DNA of 37,362 nucleotides from a virus: IMG/VR virus record IMGVR_UViG_3300045988_106398; one strand, 5' to 3'. Shown piece by piece: positions 1 to 6,489 of this stretch (position 1 is its first letter; each line of letters starts with the position of its first letter). The notes under the pieces were generated by a model. It saw only the letters and a program-made list of their open reading frames with translations, ran no database searches and was not told where the DNA came from. The position numbers and the translations under genes were made by a program.

Positions 1-82
1 AGGTTTTCTATGAATTTGCGTCAACCATAAGGATTTTCGATAAACCTATTAATTTTAAATCTATGTAAAATAATTTTACATA
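1..82. repeat. Terminal direct repeat, copy 1 (identical to 37281..37362)
   Basis: Read directly: aggttttctatgaatttgcgtcaacc...taattttacata occurs at both ends. Contains inverted repeat ATGTAAAA-taa-TTTTACAT at 63..81. Confidence 0.95.
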
Positions 83-103
83 AATACGCCGTTTGCAGGC
101 ATT

Positions 104-135
104 TTTGTTGTAAACGTGTTGTAAACGGTTTTATT
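104..135. repeat. 32-nt repeat tttgttgtaaaCgtgttgtaaacGgttttatt, a candidate integrase arm-type site pair
   Basis: 30/32 identical to 37188..37219. Each copy holds two GTTGTAAAY half-sites. Confidence 0.6.
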
Positions 136-173
136 ATATTTTATTAAATTTTGTAAGATGATACAATATTTTC

Positions 174-197
174 GCCCCACCTCTTTGGAGATGGGGC
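174..197. terminator. GC-rich stem-loop downstream of endolysin (GCCCCACCTC-tttg-GAGATGGGGC)
   Basis: 10-bp stem with one mismatch and a 4-nt loop. There is no clean U-tract on either strand, so terminator function is uncertain. Confidence 0.4.
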
Positions 198-218
198 TGT
201 GTCTCTAGACGTCTATTT

Positions 219-1262
219 TTAAAATAATTTACCCTCTTTATCCGTATACATCAAATGTCCGTCTTCTTCCGATAAATAATACCATGTGCTTCCAAATGTA
301 ATGCGTCCTTTAAGCATTTTCCCTGTACTTGCATCAAACCAGTATCTCTTACCATCAATGTCTGCCCACTTTGTTCGCATGATTCCATCATTTCCAAAGT
401 AATACTTGTCACCTTTGATTGTCTTCCACCCTGTAGCCATATCTCCATTGCTGCTCATGTAATATCTTGTACTTCCAAATGACAGCCAGCCAGCGTGCAG
501 ATGCCAATCTGGTCCAATAAAGTATACTTTCTTTCTTCCATCTACATTTTCTTGCCAGCCCATCAGCAAATATTCATCACTTCCAACAAAATAATATTTA
601 CCATTTATATTATACCAGCCGCTTTTACAATAGCACTTTTGTTGATTATCATATGCTTTTGTTCTCACACGACCTTTATTATCTTTTCCAAAAGTGTGTA
701 ACATATATCTTTCTGTACTCATATTTTTGTTTAAAATACCTCTCACAATTGCCTTTGCACATCTCTTCGCATCCCACACTTTTGCGTCGTCTGCATCATC
801 AACAAAGCAGCACTCAATCAAAAGTGCCCTTGACTTTGTATTCGCAAGCACATAAAGACTTTTACTGTATTTTGTTCCGCGATTATGGATGCCTAATTCT
901 GCTGCAATCGATTCACAGATTCTATCCGAGATCTCTTTTGTTGCTGTGTCATAGTTATATGTTTCCACTCCGCCTGTTTTTCCGTCTCCAGTACCGTCTT
1001 TTCTGCCAGAGTTTAAATGGATACTCACATCCAAATCTACGCTGTGTTGGTTGCATTTCGCTACAACTTTGCTTAAGCACCCACTTGCGGTGGTATTTTC
1101 GTCGCAGGTGCAGTCGTAGACTGTATTTCCCTCTGCTCTTAACAGACGGATAACTTCGTTTTTTACGATTCTATCTTCCACAGATTCCTGTAAAATGCCA
1201 ACTGCTCCGGATGCCCCCTGTCCTTGTGGACAGTGTCCAGCATGTACGTTATATGTTCCCAT
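219..1262 (-). CDS. Endolysin: N-acetylmuramoyl-L-alanine amidase (Amidase_3 type) with C-terminal cell-wall-binding repeats
   Basis: N-terminus has YNVHAGHC...GASG, SIHLNSG and LLIECCFVDD amidase_3-like motifs. C-terminus has repeated GW..I.GK.YYF units. RBS GGAAAGGAG lies upstream. It is the last gene of the late operon. Confidence 0.9.
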   Translation of the reverse strand: MGTYNVHAGHCPQGQGASGAVGILQESVEDRIVKNEVIRLLRAEGNTVYDCTCDENTTASGCLSKVVAKCNQHSVDLDVSIHLNSGRKDGTGDGKTGGVETYNYDTATKEISDRICESIAAELGIHNRGTKYSKSLYVLANTKSRALLIECCFVDDADDAKVWDAKRCAKAIVRGILNKNMSTERYMLHTFGKDNKGRVRTKAYDNQQKCYCKSGWYNINGKYYFVGSDEYLLMGWQENVDGRKKVYFIGPDWHLHAGWLSFGSTRYYMSSNGDMATGWKTIKGDKYYFGNDGIMRTKWADIDGKRYWFDASTGKMLKGRITFGSTWYYLSEEDGHLMYTDKEGKLF

Positions 1263-1297
1263 AATAAAATCTCCTTTCCATACTTTTCCACAATAAA

Positions 1298-1326
1298 AGA
1301 GAGCCCATCTCTAAGCTCTCTAAAAA
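1298..1326 (-). terminator. Minus-strand intrinsic-terminator-like hairpin just upstream of the endolysin gene
   Basis: AGAGAGC(1298..1304)/GCTCTCT(1315..1321) form a 7-bp stem with a 10-nt loop. The minus-strand transcript continues UUUAUUG. Confidence 0.45.
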
Positions 1327-1329
1327 TAG

Positions 1330-1358
1330 TTGAAACTTTATTCCGTTTGCTCTATAAT
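1330..1358 (+). promoter_or_regulatory. Near-consensus sigma-70-type promoter on the plus strand (TTGAAA-17-TATAAT)
   Basis: -35 TTGAAA at 1330..1335, exact 17-nt spacer, -10 TATAAT at 1353..1358. It points toward the hairpin at 1419..1455. Confidence 0.6.
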
Positions 1359-1364
1359 ATAGTT

Positions 1365-1455
1365 ACAAAAAACAACCGCCACAAAGTGGTTGACCTTAAT
1401 AAGCTAACATAGAAAATGCCACCCTATACCGGTCAAAGTAATGAGGGTGGTTTTT
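1365..1455 (+). ncRNA. Candidate ~90-nt small RNA, a putative type I antitoxin convergent with the small toxin-like ORF
   Basis: Bounded by the consensus promoter (1330..1358) and a hairpin plus TTTTT (1419..1455). There is no credible ORF inside. Ends are predicted only. Confidence 0.3.
1419..1455. terminator. Bidirectional terminator-like hairpin (CCACCCT...AGGGTGG)
   Basis: 7-bp outer stem (1419..1425/1444..1450) plus inner TAC/GTA pairs. TTTTT follows on the plus strand and ATTTTCT follows on the minus strand. Confidence 0.55.
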
Positions 1456-1470
1456 CTATGGTTTAAATCA

Positions 1471-1569
1471 TTAGTGACAAATCAAGCAAATGAATGTCAG
1501 CAGTGATAAAATGAACATTCCAAAGGCCATAAGGTCTTTAAAATCAAATTGATTTTTATTATTGTCCAT
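1471..1569 (-). CDS. 32-aa hydrophobic peptide MDNNKNQFDFKDLMAFGMFILSLLTFICLICH (holin-like/type I toxin-like)
   Basis: My own translation; too short for the ORF track. SD GGGGGTGG lies 6 nt before the ATG. It has a single TM segment with an LM.FG.F..SL pattern reminiscent of putative holin-like toxin peptides, plus its own promoter and terminator. Confidence 0.5.
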   Translation of the reverse strand: MDNNKNQFDFKDLMAFGMFILSLLTFICLICH

Positions 1570-1635
1570 CAGCACCACCCCCATTCTATGTAGAATAGAG
1601 GTCATCCACCCTGTAACACGGTTGTTCTATTGATT

Positions 1636-1664
1636 ATATTATCATATCCTTTTTAATGTATCAA
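1636..1664 (-). promoter_or_regulatory. Minus-strand promoter (TTGATA-17-TAATAT) for the small toxin-like ORF
   Basis: On the minus strand, the -35 is TTGATA (1659..1664) and the -10 is TAATAT (1636..1641), with a 17-nt spacer. It lies directly after the holin stop. Confidence 0.5.
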
Positions 1665-1684
1665 TCCAAAGCTGACCATCTTTC

Positions 1685-1945
1685 TTATTTGGGTTCTGTA
1701 TATGTAAGTGCTTGTGTGCTGTCTTTCACCCCTCTTGTTGTATGGTCAGTTACAACACCTAAGATTACAAGCACTGTAAATACTGCATTTACAACCACAA
1801 TCAACCTATTCCCAAGTTCGTTTAAATCTAATGTGTACCCAAATACTGCTGCTACTGCTTGTACTAATAGCAGTACCGCCGGAATAATTGCAAGCCAAAA
1901 CTGCTTGTTTTTTAATCGTACTTCCCAGTTAATCTTTCTTGTCAT
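1685..1945 (-). CDS. Holin (two TM segments, phi-LC3-like family)
   Basis: 86 aa. KNKQFWLAIIPAVLLLVQ and a second hydrophobic helix, with a polar C-terminus. RBS AGGAGG. Positioned in the lysis cassette. Confidence 0.8.
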   Translation of the reverse strand: MTRKINWEVRLKNKQFWLAIIPAVLLLVQAVAAVFGYTLDLNELGNRLIVVVNAVFTVLVILGVVTDHTTRGVKDSTQALTYTEPK

Positions 1946-1958
1946 TTTTCATTTCCTC

Positions 1959-2240
1959 CTAAAAAATCATTGAAATTAAATAGCCAGCTAACGCCGAGAT
2001 AATTGTCGTAATTACCAATTCCCAACGCTGTGCCGGCTTTCTTTTTAATTCTGCTACGTCTTCATTCAATCTTTCGATTGCTTTGTTTGTGTGATGCATC
2101 TCTTTCGTAAGACCAACCATCTCATTTGCGAGTTGGTGTACCGAATCCACAATCTTTTCCACATCATTCATTCGATGTTTTAAAGACCCGATTTCATTCC
2201 TATGATCCGCAAGAGTTACTTCTACTTCTGTTTCATTCAT
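1959..2240 (-). CDS. xhlA: XhlA-like lysis-associated membrane protein (coiled coil plus C-terminal TM)
   Basis: Start reassigned to MNETEV, preceded by RBS GGAGGG. Coiled-coil body and C-terminal anchor WELVITTIISALAGYLISMIF. Sits immediately upstream of the holin. Confidence 0.65.
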   Translation of the reverse strand: MNETEVEVTLADHRNEIGSLKHRMNDVEKIVDSVHQLANEMVGLTKEMHHTNKAIERLNEDVAELKRKPAQRWELVITTIISALAGYLISMIF

Positions 2241-2316
2241 ATTTCCCTCCAAATATTTATTGCAAAATAAAAAGACCATTATGGTCCTGCTCTGATCTCC
2301 ATGCCATTCAACTCCA

Positions 2317-2418
2317 TTATTGACCTATCATCTTTTGCACTGCCTCTTTCCATCTTGTTGGTACATCCTCAATCGTGATTGTTCCATCTTTTATTTTCAT
2401 AATGTAAAACAACACCAT
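2317..2418 (-). CDS. Small hypothetical protein (33 aa, MVLFYIMKIKDGTITIEDVPTRWKEAVQKMIGQ)
   Basis: My own translation. Its start overlaps the stop of the upstream gene (TAATG). Typical small ORF after tail-fibre genes. Confidence 0.4.
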   Translation of the reverse strand: MVLFYIMKIKDGTITIEDVPTRWKEAVQKMIGQ

Positions 2419-2783
2419 TATGCTTCACCTCCTATCATCCCTGCCATCTCCATAATTGCTCCATCCTGTACGCTTTGTACTTTCTCAAGGGCATCTAGTC
2501 TCTTTTCTTCCTCTGTTTTTTCACGGATTGCGAATGTTGCCTCCACTTTTTCATTCACAACATTAACCTGAAATAATGGATATTCTAATCTCATGTCGGT
2601 GTAATTTCCAGTTATATTTTCCTCTGACTTAAATTGTACTGCATCCAGATTTCCCTCTTTTAAAATAGCAGATGCAATCGGGTCTAAATCTTTAAATTGC
2701 TCTACGACAGCCGTAATAGCATTAAGGCTTGCTCCTTCCTTAATTGTAATCTCTGTTTTGTCTGTTAAAATCATTTTATCCAT
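2418..2783 (-). CDS. Hypothetical phage protein (tail-fibre module)
   Basis: 121-aa ORF in the late operon between the fibre genes and the lysis genes. No motif recognised. Confidence 0.6.
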   Translation of the reverse strand: MDKMILTDKTEITIKEGASLNAITAVVEQFKDLDPIASAILKEGNLDAVQFKSEENITGNYTDMRLEYPLFQVNVVNEKVEATFAIREKTEEEKRLDALEKVQSVQDGAIMEMAGMIGGEA

Positions 2784-2812
2784 ATTGTTTTAGTCTCCTT
2801 TTCCTTTTATTT

Positions 2813-3349
2813 CTACTTCCACTTACCTGCTACATATACATCAATGTATGTAGTCTTTTGCTTATCTAATCCAAGTTGAACAATATATCCATCAATAGCC
2901 TGTTTACTCACACTTACGGATGGGCGCGCCGCCCAAACTATACCGTTATTCATCGCACTTGTTTGGATATTTAACACTTCTGTTGCTGTTATTCCAAATG
3001 CTAAATTCGTATATTTTGCGTGATATAATCCTGTTGTTCCAATCTGAACGAATGAAAAGTCTTGATTCTTAATAGTTACCTTCCCAAATGATTCAAAAAA
3101 ACCATTTTCATATTTCTTTATGTATCCATTTGTAAATTTAACCATTTCAAAATTTGTTTTGCTCTTTAGCTCACTAATTTTCTCGTCCAACGCCTTCCCC
3201 TGCCTTGCATCTAGTGCATACCCTGCAACTGTAGTAGTCAGGTTGCTTATCACCTTCGATGTATCCAATTTTTGTGCTAATGCGTCTTTAATTGGTTTCA
3301 CACCATTTTTATAAAACCGATTCAGAAGGTTTGTTGTGATTACCTTCAT
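2813..3349 (-). CDS. Putative tail fibre / receptor-binding tip protein
   Basis: The N-terminal motif TTTVAGYALDARQGKALDEKI is common in phage fibre proteins. RBS GGGGAGGTGAGG. Position is distal in the tail module. Confidence 0.6.
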   Translation of the reverse strand: MKVITTNLLNRFYKNGVKPIKDALAQKLDTSKVISNLTTTVAGYALDARQGKALDEKISELKSKTNFEMVKFTNGYIKKYENGFFESFGKVTIKNQDFSFVQIGTTGLYHAKYTNLAFGITATEVLNIQTSAMNNGIVWAARPSVSVSKQAIDGYIVQLGLDKQKTTYIDVYVAGKWK

Positions 3350-3366
3350 ATATCCTCACCTCCCCT

Positions 3367-3837
3367 CTACGCAAATGTTCCTGCGATTATTTTATCAATA
3401 TCGGATTCTGTTGCTTCTTCTACAGTTGTCCCTGTTGGCGGTGACTGCCACGTTCCATCACCCCTCAAAAACTTATCCTGTGACCCTACTCCCGGTGCTG
3501 GCACTAGTCCTGCCTTTCCTGCTACAGATTGTGTTGCCCCAGTCATATTGGAGTATGTTGTATTGTTATCATTTCCCCATACTGCGGTACCATCAGCAGA
3601 CCACTTTAAAAACTGCCCTGCAGATCCACCTGTCGGAATATGCTTATTCCCGGACGTTGCTGGATGCGTATAAGCATTTGCACCCGACGCGATTCCTGCT
3701 AGTTTTTGTTTTTCTGCTGCGGTGTAGTCATTCGACGACAGTCCTTTCCCACTTTCTTTCTTTACAAACTTCTCTGTGATTTTTCCCGAAAACTTCGTTG
3801 CAAACGAAGTTAAGTTTTCTAATGTTATGTATTTCAT
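3367..3837 (-). CDS. Tail fibre protein with GKGLSSNDYT..EKQKL motif
   Basis: GKGLSSNDYTAAEKQKLAGI and GLVPAPG...FLRGDGTW are typical phage fibre repeat motifs. ATGA start/stop overlap with the upstream gene. Confidence 0.7.
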   Translation of the reverse strand: MKYITLENLTSFATKFSGKITEKFVKKESGKGLSSNDYTAAEKQKLAGIASGANAYTHPATSGNKHIPTGGSAGQFLKWSADGTAVWGNDNNTTYSNMTGATQSVAGKAGLVPAPGVGSQDKFLRGDGTWQSPPTGTTVEEATESDIDKIIAGTFA

Positions 3838-4412
3838 TTTTTCCTTACCTCCTTAAATAACTGGTCAATGATATCCTGTATTTCCTGTTCCGTAGCATCC
3901 ATTTCTTCCTCATTTTCCGTATAGGTTCCTCCTATGATCGCATCGATGTCTTCTTTCGTACCTGTTTCAAAAATGCTGCCCTGCTCATCTTCATCCACAT
4001 AAGTGCCGTCGATGATTCTGTCAATATCCACATCTGTTGCCACATGATACAGGTCTTTTAAGAGTTGCTGAATCTCCAATAACAATTTTCCGTTTTCTGT
4101 GGAATCAAGTATATCCTTGATATTCTTAAATTCCTCGGTAATTTTCTGTATTGCAGCCTGCACAGCTGTTACGGCTTCTGAAGTCTTTGCCTTTGCATCG
4201 TCTCCTTGGGTCTTCGCATAGCTCCCCTGCTCTTTTGCATAGTCTCCCTGTGCTTTCGCATATTCTCCCTGCTCAACTGTATGATCCAGCTTTTTCATTG
4301 CCTCAATGCAGACTAGTTCGGCAATGTCTGCATAAGTCCTTCGGACATCCTCCCCATAATATGCTTGGCGAAATTCCTGTATCAGTCCTCTTATCTTCTC
4401 TTCCAATGTCAT
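3834..4412 (-). CDS. Acidic coiled-coil tail-associated protein with heptad YAK.QG. repeats
   Basis: 192-aa ORF translationally coupled on both sides (ATGA overlaps). Contains 4 x 21-nt tandem repeats. Confidence 0.6.
   Translation of the reverse strand: MTLEEKIRGLIQEFRQAYYGEDVRRTYADIAELVCIEAMKKLDHTVEQGEYAKAQGDYAKEQGSYAKTQGDDAKAKTSEAVTAVQAAIQKITEEFKNIKDILDSTENGKLLLEIQQLLKDLYHVATDVDIDRIIDGTYVDEDEQGSIFETGTKEDIDAIIGGTYTENEEEMDATEQEIQDIIDQLFKEVRKK
4195..4278. repeat. Four imperfect 21-nt tandem repeats (gcata.(c/t)tcccctg.tcttt) encoding YAK.QG(D/S)
   Basis: Units start at 4195, 4216, 4237 and 4258; read directly from the sequence. Confidence 0.8.
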
Positions 4413-5794
4413 CTCATTTCTGTGCCTCCTTCCGGTTTTTCTAACTTATCCAGCCGTTCCAAAACTTTTGCCAACCTATTTTCAATATCAGCTATACTGT
4501 CTCTCAAAACTCCCGTATCCTCTTCAAATTGCGTAAGTTTGCCTTTTATCTCATCTATATCTGTTTTTGTCTCCCCAGTCCCTAATTCGATTGTCTGGAC
4601 TTTTTCATCCACCTTTTTCAGATAGTTGTCTGTACTTTCCACCTTTTGCGAGAGTTCTTTTATGCCACCTTTAATCACTTCAACAGATTCATTTTTACTC
4701 GCTTGCCCCTCTACCTGCCTCTGTAATGCTGCCTGTTTTTCTGTTAATGCAGTTACACTGTCTCCAAGATTGATCTTGTCCTTTGACGGATCTAAAATGT
4801 CATACTCCCTTTTCGATACAAGCATATATTTATCAAGTCCGTGCGGTTTCGATACGGTATGAACTATGTCTCCAAGCTTTATCCGGTCAATATCCACATC
4901 TGCAAGGTGCAGATCTATTGCAGTCAGCTCTATGGTTGCGGTCAGGTTCCTTGCATTCTTTAAAAATTCCTCTCCTTTTGTTTTCAGATTCGCCGGTACT
5001 GTCACATCCTCAAACACTTCTGTCCGCGTGATTCTTCCATAGAGAGTAATTGCTTCCTTGTCCTCAATATAATCTTTTCCATTGTTTACCGACGCAATGG
5101 TAAGTCTCCCTCCACCCTGCTCTTCGTCCAAAGATTTGCCAAGCGGAATAAGTACCGTTGCAATCTCTGCCGCGCTTATATACTCCGTCAAATCCAGTAT
5201 GTTTTCTCCAAACCGGATTGTCTGTAGGGATGTGCGGTCATAGCTTTCTAAGTAGTCCAGATACCGGATACCTTTTTGCTTGCGGATACGCAAATATCCA
5301 CCATTGCTGGCAACCAGCTTGTCGAGAATCGTATTTAAAGTATCCGTATACTGATTATCTTCCCTTGCATCGTAATTCATCGTTTTTTTCTCTACGATTC
5401 CAAGAGTAAACTGTTTCTCCTCCTCCACTTGGCTGTTGTGCTGGGTAATTTTATCCTGTAGATAACTTTCTGGGGTCAGGTCATGGTATTCCTTCGGACG
5501 CTGGATACTATCTAGCATATAGGCAAGCGTTCCTTCGCACGTATTCGCCACACATCCGTACATGTCCGTCTCAGAATCCGTAACCCTTCCCTCAAATAAG
5601 GATTCTTCGCCCTCGAATACTTCTATCTTGGAAATCATCTTCCCTATCTTTCCCACCATCGGATGCGGGGGCGGAAGGGAAAACACAAATTCCCCGGTCT
5701 TATTTAACCCAACCCTTACTTTTCCTGACAGTATAGCCAATTCTTCGTCTCTTGGGTCGTACAACAATTCCCCATCACAATAAATTCTGTACAT
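4409..5794 (-). CDS. Tail-associated lysin-like / minor structural protein (Tal, prophage-tail N-terminal domain)
   Basis: The N-terminus MYRIYCDGELLYDPRDEEL..L.GKV...LNKTGEFVFSLP is typical of siphovirus Tal/minor structural proteins. Follows Dit. Coiled-coil C-terminus. Confidence 0.75.
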   Translation of the reverse strand: MYRIYCDGELLYDPRDEELAILSGKVRVGLNKTGEFVFSLPPPHPMVGKIGKMISKIEVFEGEESLFEGRVTDSETDMYGCVANTCEGTLAYMLDSIQRPKEYHDLTPESYLQDKITQHNSQVEEEKQFTLGIVEKKTMNYDAREDNQYTDTLNTILDKLVASNGGYLRIRKQKGIRYLDYLESYDRTSLQTIRFGENILDLTEYISAAEIATVLIPLGKSLDEEQGGGRLTIASVNNGKDYIEDKEAITLYGRITRTEVFEDVTVPANLKTKGEEFLKNARNLTATIELTAIDLHLADVDIDRIKLGDIVHTVSKPHGLDKYMLVSKREYDILDPSKDKINLGDSVTALTEKQAALQRQVEGQASKNESVEVIKGGIKELSQKVESTDNYLKKVDEKVQTIELGTGETKTDIDEIKGKLTQFEEDTGVLRDSIADIENRLAKVLERLDKLEKPEGGTEMR

Positions 5795-6489
5795 TATAAA
5801 CTCGCCCCCCTATAGTCCACACTGACTGTTCCTTTTCCTTGAAATGTCAGGATATGTTCCCCTGCCCCCAACTGTAAATCCATAACTTTACTTTTCCCCT
5901 TTGGGAGCGTGTAAGAAATGCTGTGGTATTCCAAAACCATGCTTTCAGAGCACTCAAAAACCGGGACAACCTTTTTCCGCCGCCCCGGTATCATAAGTAC
6001 CATTGTTCCATTTACTTCCAAATCTCTATAATCGCGTATAATTCCATCCTCAAAACAGAAGGTGTCCCACACCCACGGTTCCAAGCTTCCGTAACGCTCA
6101 TATTTGTATGGTTCTGCATCAAACGAGATCGTCACTCCGTTAATCAGAGCATTTTCTTTTACAATCTCACAAGCACCTCTACCAAGATAATAAAATCCTT
6201 TATCCGTGTCCAATATAATTTTTCTCTTCTGCCCCTGTATGTAATTCGCAATTTCCGACTTCAATGAATGCCATTTATATATATCGGATTTCATTACGAA
6301 TGTAATGGATATGGGTCTATTCTTATACCGGATATCTCCATACAGGAAATCCGTCAGGTCAAGAGCACCATCCCGTCCGTCTATGTCTATCACCTTTGTT
6401 TGCGCCTCTGGTTCCCCAATGGAAAGATCTGTCCATAGCAATCCCCAATCTTTTTCTGTGTGACGCTCTCCAATAAGAACTCCTGCCAT
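5794..6489 (-). CDS. Distal tail protein (Dit, Sipho_tail family)
   Basis: 231 aa, immediately downstream of the tape measure protein. The N-terminus ...HTEKDWGL....L.IGEPE.QT..IDI.GRDG is typical of the phage tail family. Confidence 0.75.
   Translation of the reverse strand: MAGVLIGERHTEKDWGLLWTDLSIGEPEAQTKVIDIDGRDGALDLTDFLYGDIRYKNRPISITFVMKSDIYKWHSLKSEIANYIQGQKRKIILDTDKGFYYLGRGACEIVKENALINGVTISFDAEPYKYERYGSLEPWVWDTFCFEDGIIRDYRDLEVNGTMVLMIPGRRKKVVPVFECSESMVLEYHSISYTLPKGKSKVMDLQLGAGEHILTFQGKGTVSVDYRGASL

Noticed and set aside
251-448. Minus-strand alternative-frame ORFs nested in real genes: 251..448 in the endolysin, 8825..9028 in the tape measure protein, 22799..23014 in the PAPS reductase, 29547..29780 across the NinB-like/HNH-like junction.
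   Set aside because: They overlap, out of frame, genes with clear family motifs. They have no RBS and an odd composition (W/R/Q/C-rich), so they are most likely not coding.
1224-1412. Plus-strand 62-aa ORF between the endolysin and the small toxin-like ORF.
   Set aside because: It starts inside the endolysin's 5' end, has no SD, and spans a promoter and a terminator-like hairpin. The region is better explained as regulatory or small-RNA sequence.
3367-5794. Diversity-generating retroelement or phase-variable fibre locus.
   Set aside because: The window contains no reverse transcriptase gene, no template/variable repeat pair and no invertase with inverted repeats.
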